Below are positions 42,940 through 53,727 of a stretch of 64,000 bases of DNA, piece after piece (the first letter of the stretch is position 1; every line of letters starts with the position of its first letter). Where the stretch lies: positions 224,001 to 288,000 of the forward strand of contig CAWDSQ010000020.1 of NCBI GenBank assembly GCA_963804955.1, in the 5' to 3' direction. Source of the DNA: an uncultured delta proteobacterium (GTDB taxonomy: Bacteria > Desulfobacterota > WTBG01 > CAIYCZ01 > CAIRTM01). The translations under genes were made by a program, and so were the position numbers. Under the pieces are notes generated by a model. The model did no database searches and had not been told where the DNA came from. It saw only the letters and a program-made list of their open reading frames with translations.

Positions 42940-45900
42940 CTACCTCTCCCGCTTCACGATCTTAATCTTCGGCGCGTGGCGGTGATATTCCTGAAGGCTG
43001 CACACCTCCATCTGGCTGAAAGTGCTGAGGCTCTCAAGGCCCTGAATGGCGGCGCGCAGGCCGTCGAGCGTTGTCGTAATCGGTATGCCGCGCAGCACGG
43101 CATGGGCCCTGTATCTTTACTTCGTCAAACTTGGGGCTGGCGCCGGTTGAGGGCGTATTTATGATCCAGCTGACATTCTTTTCTTCAACCAGATCGATAA
43201 CATTGGGTCTGCCATCGGACACGCGGAACATGGCATTACTGTTGACGCCATTATCGCGCAGCACGGTGCTGGTCCCCTGCGTGGCATAGATGCTGAATCC
43301 GAGCTGCTGAAGCTGTTTGACAAGCGGCACAATCGACTGCTTGTCGGAATCGCGGACGCTGACAAAAACATTTCCCGTACCAGGCAGAGCATTGCCGGCT
43401 GCAATCTGGCTTTTAAGAAATGCCATGCCGTGGGATGAATCAATGCCCATAACCTCGCCGGTTGATTTCATCTCGGGCGAGAGCAGCACGTCGATACCCG
43501 GAAATTTCACAAACGGGAAGACTGCTTCTTTAACCGAATAATACCTGGGCACAACTTCTTTGGTGAATCCCATGTCTTTGAGCGTATTGCCGACCATGAC
43601 AAGGGCTGCAAGCTTTGCCAGAGGTACGCCGATGGTTTTGCTCACAAAGGGCACGGTGCGCGATGCCCGGGGATTTACTTCAAGCACATACACAACGTCG
43701 TCTTTCACTGCATACTGCACGTTCATAAGGCCCATTACATTGAGCTCTTTTGCCATCTTGAAAGTATAGTCGCGAATAGTATTTTTTGTTTGTTCAGTAA
43801 GATGCGGCGCAGGGATGATGCAGGCGCTGTCGCCGGAGTGAACACCGGCAAGTTCCACATGCTCCATGATAGCGCCAAGCAACGATGTTTCGCCGTCTGA
43901 AATGCAGTCGACATCGACCTCAACGGCGTTTTCAAGATAATCATCAATGAGCACAGGCCGCTTATCCGACACCTGCACAGCCTCGGCCATATACTGCCGC
44001 AGGCCATCCATATCATACACAATCACCATGGCTCTGCCGCCAAGAACAAAAGAGGGGCGCAGCAGCACAGGAAAACCAATACGCTCTGCTATTGTTTCAG
44101 CCTCGGCAAGGCTTCGTGCAATTCCGTTAACAGGCTGTTTGATATTTAAGCGTGTGGCAAGCTTCTGGAAAAAGTCACGGTCTTCTGCCGCCTCGATGCT
44201 GGCGGGTTTGGTGCCGATGATATTGACGCCGTTTTTCTCAAGATCCTTTGCAAGGTTGAGCGGTGTCTGGCCGCCGAACTGCACGATAGCGCCCCAGCAT
44301 TGCTCACGCTGATAAATATGGAGTATGTCTTCAAGCGTAAGCGGCTCAAAATACAGCTTATCGCTGGTATCATAATCGGTAGAAACGGTTTCCGGGTTGC
44401 AGTTGACCATGATGGTCTCAAAGCCCGCATCGCGCAGGGCAAATGAGGCATGGACGCAGCAATAGTCAAATTCAATGCCCTGACCGATACGGTTGGGCCC
44501 GCTGCCAAGGATCATTACTTTTCTGCGATCAGAGGGCATGCTTTCGTCAAGTCCGCCATAGGTCGAGTAGAAATAAGGCGTATAGGCCTTAAACTCAGCT
44601 GCGCAGGTATCAACAATTCCATATACCGGCAGCAGGCGCATTTCATAACGCGCCGCGCGTACAGCATCTTCAGTAGTCTCTAAAAGAAAGGCTATCTGCC
44701 GGTCGGAATAACCCATTTCCTTGATCTGCTCAAACAGGGGCCTGTCCTTTTTTAATTTCTCAAGATTCCCTGCCGACTGTATCTCCTGCTCAAAACACAC
44801 CAGCTCCTCGATTTGCCGCAGAAACCACGGGTCGATGCCGGTACGGCGATGTACGGTTTCAATATTCCAGCCGCGTTTAAATGCTGCCCGGATATAGAAC
44901 AGGCGGTTTGCCGTGGGCCGCACAAGGGCATCATTCAGTGCGTCGTGCGGCAGTGACTCGAAGTGCCCGTCTTTACCATCAGCGCCGAAGCCTGACCTGC
45001 CAAGCTCAAGTGAACGAAGGGCCTTCTGAAATGACTGCTTGAAGGTCTTGCCGATGCCCATGGCCTCGCCTACGGATTTCATCTGCGTGCCGAGAGTATC
45101 ATCTGCAGCGGCGAATTTCTCAAATGCAAAACGAGGTATCTTGGTTACCACATAGTCGATAGTCGGTTCGAAGCAGGCCGGTGTTTCGCGCGTGATGTCA
45201 TTGAGTATTTCATCAAGCGTGTAGCCGATGGCGAGCTTTGCAGCTATCTTTGCAATGGGAAAGCCAGTGGCTTTTGAGGCGAGTGCAGAAGAGCGCGACA
45301 CGCGCGGGTTCATCTCGATGATGATCAAGCGGCCATTTTGGGGATTCACGGCCCACTGGACATTTGAACCGCCGGTCTCGACGCCGATCTCCCGGAGCAC
45401 GTCAAGAGACTTGTCGCGCATGATCTGATACTCGCGGTCGGTAAGGGTCTGGGCCGGCGCAACGGTTATGCTGTCGCCGGTATGAATGCCCATGGGATCC
45501 AAATTTTCAATCGAGCAGACGATGACGGCATTGTCGTTTTTGTCGCGCATCACCTCAAGCTCGTACTCTTTCCAGCCAAGCACCGACTCTTCTATCAGTA
45601 TCTCGGAGGTTGGGCTGTAGAAAAGACCACGAGCTGCAATCTCTTCAAACTCAGCATCATTATAGGCTATGCCCCCGCCCGTGCCTCCCATGGTAAAGCC
45701 AGGCCGAATGATGAGCGGATAGGAGCCGATCTCTTCGCGTACTTTTCGGGCCTCTTCAATAGTATGGGCTGAATCGCTTCGTGGAACATCAAGCCCGATC
45801 TTGAGCATGGCATTTTTGAATAGATTACGATCTTCGGCCTTTTCGATTGATTCGGCCTTTGCGCCGATCATTTCAACATTGTAGCGCTGCAGAATTTTTT

Positions 45901-46213
45901 TTCTGTGCAGCTCAAGGGCAAGATTTAAGGCCGTCTGTCCGCCAAGGGTCGGCAGCAGCGCATCAGGCCGCTCTCTTCGGATAATTTCTACCAGAATGTC
46001 GACATGCAGTGGTTCGATATAGGTACGGTCGGCAAATTCGGGATCGGTCATGATGGTGGCGGGATTGGAGTTTACCAGCACCACCTCAAAGCCTTCCTCT
46101 TTCAGTGCCTTGCAGGCCTGAACGCCCGAATAGTCGAATTCGCAGGCTTGACCGATGACAATCGGGCCGGAGCCGATAAGCATAATCTTCTTTATGTCTG
46201 TTCTTTTGGGCAT
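42940..46213 (-). CDS. carB: Carbamoyl-phosphate synthase large subunit (frameshift near C-terminus)
   Basis: [24 protein letters not shown], duplicated ATP-grasp halves, terminal SLQEYH in the shifted frame. Confidence 0.97.
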
Positions 46214-46219
46214 AATAAA

Positions 46220-46339
46220 TTGTTTAATTTGTTTTATTTGTTCAATTGGTTTTATTGGTTAAATACTTTAACCCAATCTCAAACAATCCAATCAGTTCAA
46301 CCAATGTAACTCATCAAACTAATTGAACCAATTCAACTA
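46220..46339. repeat. Inverted array of degenerate 9-bp tandem repeats
   Basis: Five T(T/G)GTTNNAT units followed by 5-8 reverse-complement units. Confidence 0.75.
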
Positions 46340-47732
46340 TGTTTTTCCATAGATTTCTTACCTTCAAAGCTCTCGATTGCAACCGGATAGGCACCGCTAA
46401 AGCAGGCCGTGCAGAAATCCTGCGGATTATCAAATGGCGACAGTATCCCTTCAAGGCTCAAATACCCGAGAGTATCCGCACCCATGAGCTGTCTGATTTC
46501 TTCAACTGTTCGGGTTGCAGCCACCAGCTCTTCAGAAGTCGGGAAGTCTATACCATAAAAGCAGGGATGCTTGATAGGGGGGCATGATATGCGCACATGC
46601 ACCTCTTTGGCTCCAGCATCGCGCAGCATTCTGATACGTTTTGCCATGGTATTGCCGCGCACGATGGAGTCATCCACAGCAATAATGCGCTTGCCCTTGA
46701 TCACATCCGGCAGCACTGCAAGCTTCATGTCGGCAGAGGACTTTCTCTGCTTATCCTCGGGCATGATGAATGTGCGGCCAACATAGTGGTTGCGTATAAA
46801 GCCGAAATCAAGCGGTATGCCGCTTGCACGTGAATACCCGAGTGCTGCAGAATTTCCGCTGTCGGGTATGGGTATGACCATATCGGCATCAACGGGATGC
46901 TCCTGCGCAAGACTGCCTGCCATAGGCCATGCGCACCTCATGGACATTTTTGCCAAAAACATGGCTATCCGGATGGGCAAAATATATGTGCTCAAAAATA
47001 CACTGGCCATAGTGCTCGCGCTTTTCGCAGAACATGTTGCTTGTGAGCCCGGATGAATTCACGGTGACTATCTCGCCGGGCAGCACGTCGCGCATATAGG
47101 TAGCACCGATCAGAGGCAGCGCGCAGGTCTCACTGGTGAATATAAAGGCTTCTCCCAGTTTACCGATTGACAGGGGCCTGAAGCCCAGCGGATCGCGTGC
47201 AGCCATAATGCTGTCTTTAGTCATTAAAAGAAAAGAAAAAGCGCCTTTGAGCTCACCAAGTGCGCGCTCAACCCTGCGGGGCCGGTTGCGGTACATGGGA
47301 TCGGCAAGAATGTGCACCAGAACCTCGCTGTCCGTACTGGTCTGAAAAATAGAACCTGATTCCTGATACATTCTGCGCAGCTTATTGGCATTGACCAGGT
47401 TACCGTTATGGGCGATAGCCCAGATTCCGTCTGCGCACTCGGCAACAAGGGGCTGCACATTCTGGATTCGCGTGGAACCGGTTGTGGAATAGCGCACATG
47501 GCCGATGCCAATTTTGCCGTTTAGATCACTGATCGGCTGCTTCGAGAAAACTTCCCCTACAAGACCAAGGCCCTTGGCCGACTTTATCTTCTCGCCATCG
47601 CTGACGACGATTCCCGCGCCCTCCTGCCCGCGGTGCTGCAAGAGCAAAAAGCCCCTGGTAGATAAGCGGGGCTGCTTCCGCAACACCGTAGACACCGAAA
47701 AGTCCGCAAAATTCCTTCAGTTCACTTCCCAT
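46333..47732 (-). CDS. purF: Amidophosphoribosyltransferase (frameshifted)
   Basis: Propeptide plus CGLFG, LQHRGQE, GHVRYST, HNGNL, VDDSIVRG, PCFYGID, CTACF. Confidence 0.95.
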
Positions 47733-47884
47733 ATATACCCGCTTTGCCGCTGCAAACACATGTCTGCAAACAGCATATAATTAAAAAATGCAATTTATAC
47801 TTTATACACACATAAAGGTCTGACTGTCCACGGGACAACCCTTTTGTGCAGCACCGCACAGATCAACCACTGTGTACAACCTGC

Positions 47885-49510
47885 TCAATTTTTGAGCGCA
47901 GCGGCAATAAATGCCGAAAACAGAGGATGAGGGTCATGCGGCCGCGATTTGAATTCAGGATGAAACTGGCAGCCAAGAAACCATGGATGATCAGGTATCT
48001 CGACAATCTCCACAAGTTCGGCATCGGGGCACATGCCGGTAATCCTCATGCCGTTTTTTTCAAGCACATCCAGAAAGGTATTATTGAATTCATAACGATG
48101 CCGGTGCCGCTCTGATATTTTTTTTATCTTGTAGGCTTCAAATGCCTTTGAAGGGCTTATAAGACCGCAGGGAAAGGCTCCGAGCCGCATGGTTGCTCCG
48201 TAGCAAAACTGCTCATCCCGCACCTGCTTTGTCTGTTTCTGATAATCAAACCACTCTTTCAAAAGAAAAATAATCGGGCTCGGGGTATCCTTATTGAACT
48301 CCGTGCTGTCGGCATCCTTAATGCCGCAGACATTACGGGCAAATTCAATGACGCACAGCTGCATGCCCAGACAGATGCCGAAATACGGCTTTTTCTGCTC
48401 ACGGGCATACCGGATGGCCTCAAGTTTTCCGGGAATGCCGCGGTCTCCAAAACCGCCGGGCACCAAAACGCCGTTTGCATCATCCAGTATGTCGGCAACA
48501 TTTTCTGCGGTTATGGTTTCGGAATCGACAAACTTCAGGTGAACGCGTGCACTGTTGGCAATGCCCCCGTGAATGAGAGCTTCGTTTAGACTTTTGTATG
48601 AATCTTCAAGGTCTATATACTTGCCCACAATGGCAATAGTTGTCGCATGATCAGGCTTTTTTAATTTTTGAAGCATCCCTTCCCACGACTCAAGATGCGG
48701 CGCACGGGTCCAGATATTGAGAAGCTCAATAATTTTTTCATCAAGTCCCTCCTGGTGAAGCAGCAGCGGCACCTCATAGATTGAATCGACATCTTTTGCC
48801 GTTATGACCGCGTCCCGTGAAAGATTGCAGAACAGAGCGATCTTATCCTTGATATCATGGGGCAGAAGCCGGTCAGACCGGCACAGCAGAATATCGGGCT
48901 GAATGCCTATCTGCAGCAATTCCTTTGTGCTGTGCTGCGTGGGCTTGGTCTTGAGCTGACCAGCAGCTCCTAAAAAGGGAACATAGGTCAAATGAACATA
49001 GAGAACGTTTTCCCGGCCTGCATCATTTTTAAACTGTCTGATAGCCTCAAGAAAAGGAAGTGATTCAATATCGCCAACCGTTCCGCCGATTTCGATTATG
49101 GCAATATCAACACCCTGGGCTACAAGCCATATTTTATCTTTGATCTCATTGGTGATATGGGGAATGACCTGAACGGTGGCGCCCAGATATTCACCCTTGC
49201 GCTCCTTGCCGATCACGCGCTCGTAAATCTGGCCTGTCGTATAATTGTTCTTTGAACCCATTCGGGCAAAAGTGAAGCGCTCGTAATGCCCCAGATCAAG
49301 GTCTGTTTCATTGCCCTCATCGGTTACAAAAACTTCACCATGCTGAAACGGATTCATGGTGCCGGGATCGACATTTATATAGGGATCAAACTTCAAAAAA
49401 GTGACTTTGAGCCCACGGGCCTCCAGCAGTGCCCCCATAGAAGCCGCGGCAATGCCTTTGCCCAGTGCCGATAGTACGCCGCCTGTTACAAAAATAAATT
49501 TTGGCTTCAT
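47885..49510 (-). CDS. pyrG: CTP synthase
   Basis: [42 protein letters not shown]. Confidence 0.98.
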   Translation of the reverse strand: MKPKFIFVTGGVLSALGKGIAAASMGALLEARGLKVTFLKFDPYINVDPGTMNPFQHGEVFVTDEGNETDLDLGHYERFTFARMGSKNNYTTGQIYERVIGKERKGEYLGATVQVIPHITNEIKDKIWLVAQGVDIAIIEIGGTVGDIESLPFLEAIRQFKNDAGRENVLYVHLTYVPFLGAAGQLKTKPTQHSTKELLQIGIQPDILLCRSDRLLPHDIKDKIALFCNLSRDAVITAKDVDSIYEVPLLLHQEGLDEKIIELLNIWTRAPHLESWEGMLQKLKKPDHATTIAIVGKYIDLEDSYKSLNEALIHGGIANSARVHLKFVDSETITAENVADILDDANGVLVPGGFGDRGIPGKLEAIRYAREQKKPYFGICLGMQLCVIEFARNVCGIKDADSTEFNKDTPSPIIFLLKEWFDYQKQTKQVRDEQFCYGATMRLGAFPCGLISPSKAFEAYKIKKISERHRHRYEFNNTFLDVLEKNGMRITGMCPDAELVEIVEIPDHPWFLGCQFHPEFKSRPHDPHPLFSAFIAAALKN

Positions 49511-49582
49511 TGCAGACCTTTCTAGTGCATATTTAATAAAATGCTTTAAGATGCCGTAATAACCTTACAAACTGAAAAAAAC

Positions 49583-49611
49583 AAAAAAAAGCGGGAGGGG
49601 GGCCTCCCGCT
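49583..49611 (-). terminator. Intrinsic terminator after glnA
   Basis: GCGGGAGG...CCTCCCGC stem followed by a long U-run on the minus strand. Confidence 0.75.
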
Positions 49612-49618
49612 GAAAGGA

Positions 49619-51709
49619 TTAGTTGATGAACATCATTTCCGCATAGGTGGCAAGCGGCCACTGATCCCGGGGCAGCAGACCTTCGAGATCATCTACAGCT
49701 GCCCGCAGCTTTGCCATGGCAGGCAGTATCTTTACGGGATGGCCTGTTTTGACTGCGGCCTCCACAGCTTTGCAGCCCTTGAGGGTTGATTCAATCTGTT
49801 CCGTCACAGCTTTCAAAAGATCCCTGCTTTCATTGATCTTCACGGCTTTCATCATCTTTGAGATATCGGCAATTGCCGAAGCAAGCTCCCTCACATATGT
49901 TACCGCTGCCGGAACAATCATGGTGCGGGCAATGGTAACCGAGCAGTTCGCCTCAAGAATGATGGTCTTTTCATAATTTTCAAGCAGGGCGTTATATCGT
50001 GACTCAAGCTCCCTTTTTGTGAGCACGCCGTGCTTTTCAAACAGCTTCACGGTTGCTGGAGCAGCAAAAGCCTTCAGCGCTTCCGGCGTCGTCATAATGT
50101 TGGGCAGGCCGCGCCGGGCAGCTTCCCTGCGCCACTCGGCAGTATAATTGTCGCCATTGAAAAGAATGCGCTTATGCTTCTTAACTATTTTCTGCAGTAT
50201 GCCCTGCAGGGTTTCATTGAAATTCTTTCTGGCTTTGACTGCCGCTTCAAGCTCGCTGCACACTTCATTGATTGCATCGGCGACGATCGTATTGAGAACG
50301 GTATTGGCTGCAGAGCAGTTGTGGCTCGAGCCGACTGCGCGGAACTCGAACTTGTTGCCGGTGAAGGCAAAGGGCGAAGTGCGGTTACGGTCAGTTGCAT
50401 CACGCGGAAACTGCGGCAGAGAGGTAACCCCGATCTTAATCACGCCGCCGTTTTTCGAGCTTTTCGCCTTGCCTTTCTCTATCTGCTCGATCACATCATA
50501 GAGCTGATCTCCAAGAAAAATTGAAATGATGGCCGGAGGAGCCTCATTAGCCCCAAGCCGGTGATCATTGCCAGCCGAAGCCACAGCCGCCCGAAGAAGC
50601 GCTGCATTGGTGTCAACGGCTTTCATAAGAATGCAGATCATGGTGAGAAACTCTGCATTTGCATGGGGAGTATCACCCGGGGTCAGCCAGTTGCGGCCGG
50701 TCGGGTCGACAAGGGACCAGTTATTGTGCTTGCCCGAACCGTTTACTCCGGCAAAAGGCTTTTCATGCAGCAGGCATACCAAACCGTGCTCATCGGCAAC
50801 ATTGCGCAGCACTTCCATGGTCTGCATATTGTGATCAACAGCAATGCTCAGCTCCTCAAAGACCGGCGCAATTTCAAACTGCGCAGGGCACACTTCATTA
50901 TGCCGTGTCTTTGAAGGAATCCCCAGGCGCCAGAGCTCGCGGTCCAGATCTTCCATAAAAGCCATAATCCGCGGTTTGATGGGTCCGAAATAATGATCTT
51001 CCATCTGTTGATGCTTGGCAGGCTGGCGGCCAAACAAGGTACGGCCGGTCTGCATGAGATCAAGACGGCTCTCATAGAACTGCTTGTCAATCAGAAAGTA
51101 TTCCTGCTCCGGTCCCAGGGTCGGATAGGTGCGTGTGCCGCCATCGACATCCATGCCGAACAACTTTGCAAGCCTGCATACCTGCTTTGACAGCACGTCC
51201 ATCGAACGCAGCAACGGCGCTTTTTCATCAAGCGCTTCACCGCTATAGGAACAAAAAACCGTCGGGATACACAGGGTCGATCCTTTTGCACCGCGTTTTA
51301 TAAAAGCGGGGCTTGTGGGATCCCAAGCCGTATACCCCCGTGCTTCAAAGGTTGTACGAAGCCCCCCTGAAGGAAAACTTGAGGCGTCGGGTTCGCCCTG
51401 TATGAGCTCCTTGCCGGAAAAATGCATCACGCAGCCGCCTTCTCTATCCGGGTCGATAAAAGCATCATGCTTTTCTGCAGTTGTTCCCGTCAAAGGCTGA
51501 AACCAGTGTGTAAAATGGGTCGCCCCTTTTTCCATGGCCCAGGTCTTCATGGCATCGGCAACTTCATCGGCAATCTTCGGATCAAGTGATGCCCTGCGGA
51601 TTATTGTATCCATGATGGAATCATAGGCATGTACAGACAGATAGTTGCGCATGGTTTTTATGGTAAACACATCTTCTGCGAACAACTTGGTACAGTCAAA
51701 AGTATTCAT
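49619..51709 (-). CDS. glnA: Glutamine synthetase type III
   Basis: 696 aa; HWFQPLTG.TAEKHD, EPDASSFP.GG.R.TFEARGYT.WD, HEKPFAGVNGSGKH, RLGANEAPP, DRNRTSPFAFTGNKFEFR. Confidence 0.95.
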   Translation of the reverse strand: MNTFDCTKLFAEDVFTIKTMRNYLSVHAYDSIMDTIIRRASLDPKIADEVADAMKTWAMEKGATHFTHWFQPLTGTTAEKHDAFIDPDREGGCVMHFSGKELIQGEPDASSFPSGGLRTTFEARGYTAWDPTSPAFIKRGAKGSTLCIPTVFCSYSGEALDEKAPLLRSMDVLSKQVCRLAKLFGMDVDGGTRTYPTLGPEQEYFLIDKQFYESRLDLMQTGRTLFGRQPAKHQQMEDHYFGPIKPRIMAFMEDLDRELWRLGIPSKTRHNEVCPAQFEIAPVFEELSIAVDHNMQTMEVLRNVADEHGLVCLLHEKPFAGVNGSGKHNNWSLVDPTGRNWLTPGDTPHANAEFLTMICILMKAVDTNAALLRAAVASAGNDHRLGANEAPPAIISIFLGDQLYDVIEQIEKGKAKSSKNGGVIKIGVTSLPQFPRDATDRNRTSPFAFTGNKFEFRAVGSSHNCSAANTVLNTIVADAINEVCSELEAAVKARKNFNETLQGILQKIVKKHKRILFNGDNYTAEWRREAARRGLPNIMTTPEALKAFAAPATVKLFEKHGVLTKRELESRYNALLENYEKTIILEANCSVTIARTMIVPAAVTYVRELASAIADISKMMKAVKINESRDLLKAVTEQIESTLKGCKAVEAAVKTGHPVKILPAMAKLRAAVDDLEGLLPRDQWPLATYAEMMFIN

Positions 51710-51824
51710 TTAGAAAATCTCCTTACATAGGTATAGCTGTTATAAATAATTTTACTTCGTTCTGTAAAGCACTCTTTGCTCAAGTACTTATTTTTTTAAT
51801 TTTCCTTTGTTAGCTAAATTTAAT

Positions 51825-51840
51825 TACAAGAACGGTGCCA
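51825..51840 (-). promoter_or_regulatory. Sigma54 -24/-12 promoter candidate for glnA
   Basis: TGGCACCGTTCTTGTA, 116 bp upstream of the glnA start; divergent sigma54 activator gene adjacent. Confidence 0.65.
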
Positions 51841-51970
51841 AACCATCGAGAGGCTTACCAGCTCCGCCTGCACTAAACAGGCGTTATAAACTAAGTTATT
51901 GTTATAGCATCAAAAATTAATAAGTTGCGATTTATTCTAAACAAAAAAAACCTTCTTCCTGCCATTTAAA

Positions 51971-52025
51971 TTGACAAAATACTTACATTATTGTTACTAT
52001 ACTGCCTAGTGAATCACAAATTTGT
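51971..52025 (+). promoter_or_regulatory. Sigma70 promoter of the activator gene overlapping two ACA-N4-TGT dyads (candidate enhancer sites)
   Basis: TTGACA-N18-TACTAT; ACATTATTGT (51985-51994) and ACAAATTTGT (52016-52025). Confidence 0.45.
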
Positions 52026-52063
52026 TTTTAGAAAAAAAATAATAAACCATAGCAGCTTTTCAT

Positions 52064-53632
52064 ATGAAACAAAAAGAACCCGAAAGTATAAATACAATCA
52101 ACGCACGCTCCGCAAAACAGCTGGCAATTCTTGCAAAAATTTCACACGCCACATTTCATCAGAATAATATTTCAGCCCTGCTTGAAGATGCACTGGGCAT
52201 CATGGACACGGAAATGGGCATGTCGCGGGGTATACTTACTCTGCGCGTGCCGGATACCGACGTCTTAGTTATTGAAGCATCAAAAGGCCTTTCTGCAGAA
52301 GAAAAAAAACGCGGCAAGTACAAACTCGGAGAAGGCATAATAGGCCGTGTGGCGCAGACAAAAAAATCCGCTCTTATTGAAGACTTCACTACGGATCCCT
52401 ATTTTCTGAACAAGACAAGATCGCGCAAAAAAGATGTGCCCATGGCATTTCTTTGCGTGCCGGTCCTGCATAATCACGAGGTCATCGGAACCATCAGTAT
52501 CGACCGGCCCAAGGATGATCTGAACATTCTGCGCAGCGACCTGAACTTTCTGTCCCTGGTCGCAGACATTCTTGCAGAAGCCGTCGCCCAGATACGCGAG
52601 CAGGTTGCCGAGAGGGAAAACCTGATGGCGGAAAACCGTCAGCTGCGGCAACAGCTTGGAGAGCTCTACCAGCCCAACCATATCGTCGGACGCTGCAGCG
52701 TCATGCAGCAGATATATCTCCAGATCGCCCAGGTCGCCGACAGCACTGCCACCGTTCTTGTCCGGGGCGAGTCCGGCACGGGCAAGGAAATGATTGCCCG
52801 TGCGATTCACTTTTCAAGCTCCCGCCGCAACAATCCCTTTATTGCGGTCAACTGCGCGGCCCTTCCTGAAAACCTCATAGAAAGCGAGCTGTTCGGCCAT
52901 GAAAAAGGCTCGTTCACCGGCGCCATGCAGCAACGCAAGGGCCGCTTTGAGCTGGCAAATGGCGGCACTCTTTTTCTTGATGAAATCGGCGATATATCCC
53001 CGGCCGTACAGGTTCGCCTGCTGCGGGTACTGCAGGAAAAAATATTCGAACGCGTTGGCGGAACTGAAAGTATCAGGGTCAACATCCGCATTATCGCCGC
53101 TACTGCGGCAAACCTTGAGCAGGCCATTGAGAGCGGAAAATTCCGCGACGATCTTTTTTACCGGCTCAACGTGTTTCCCATCTACATGCCGCCGCTTCGC
53201 GAGCGCCGCTCCGATATCATTCTGCTTGCCGATCATTTTCTGCAAAAATACAATGAGGTCTACGGCAAGACCATAAAGCGGATATCAACCCCTGCCATCA
53301 ACATGATGATGGCCTATCACTGGCCGGGTAATGTCCGGGAGCTTGAAAACTGCATAGAACGCTCCATCCTCACCAGTTCAGACGACGTCATTCACAGCTA
53401 CTGCCTGCCGCCGTCGCTCCAGACATCCGATGAAACCAATACGGCCCTGCTGCCGGTTGATGGAGCACCGCTGACAACACTGGTGAGCTCCTACGAGCGG
53501 GAGCTGATTGTCGATGCGCTGAAAAAGCACCGCGGCAATGTTGCCTCCACGGCCCGCTATCTGCAGACCACGCAGCGCATTCTGCACTACCGCATTATCA
53601 GCCTTGGCATTGAAACAAAAAAATATAAATAA
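52064..53632 (+). CDS. NifA-like sigma54-dependent transcriptional activator (GAF-AAA+-HTH)
   Basis: GAF ([18 protein letters not shown]); [40 protein letters not shown]; Fis-type HTH. Confidence 0.92.
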   Translation: MKQKEPESINTINARSAKQLAILAKISHATFHQNNISALLEDALGIMDTEMGMSRGILTLRVPDTDVLVIEASKGLSAEEKKRGKYKLGEGIIGRVAQTKKSALIEDFTTDPYFLNKTRSRKKDVPMAFLCVPVLHNHEVIGTISIDRPKDDLNILRSDLNFLSLVADILAEAVAQIREQVAERENLMAENRQLRQQLGELYQPNHIVGRCSVMQQIYLQIAQVADSTATVLVRGESGTGKEMIARAIHFSSSRRNNPFIAVNCAALPENLIESELFGHEKGSFTGAMQQRKGRFELANGGTLFLDEIGDISPAVQVRLLRVLQEKIFERVGGTESIRVNIRIIAATAANLEQAIESGKFRDDLFYRLNVFPIYMPPLRERRSDIILLADHFLQKYNEVYGKTIKRISTPAINMMMAYHWPGNVRELENCIERSILTSSDDVIHSYCLPPSLQTSDETNTALLPVDGAPLTTLVSSYERELIVDALKKHRGNVASTARYLQTTQRILHYRIISLGIETKKYK

Positions 53633-53727
53633 TGCCCCCACAGGCGTTAAACTGCCAGCAGGCGGGTTGTCTGCCTCGCCCGCCCCTGCCTGAGCACTGT
53701 CATTGGCAATACGTACGGTGCGGCGGT

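Noticed and set aside
46220..46339. Possible CRISPR array
   Set aside because: Units are 9 bp, degenerate and contiguous, with no spacers and no cas genes.
52064..53632. Calling the activator nifA and inferring nitrogen fixation
   Set aside because: No nif genes in the window and no TGT-N10-ACA site noticed in the adjacent intergenic region; the domain architecture alone is not specific.
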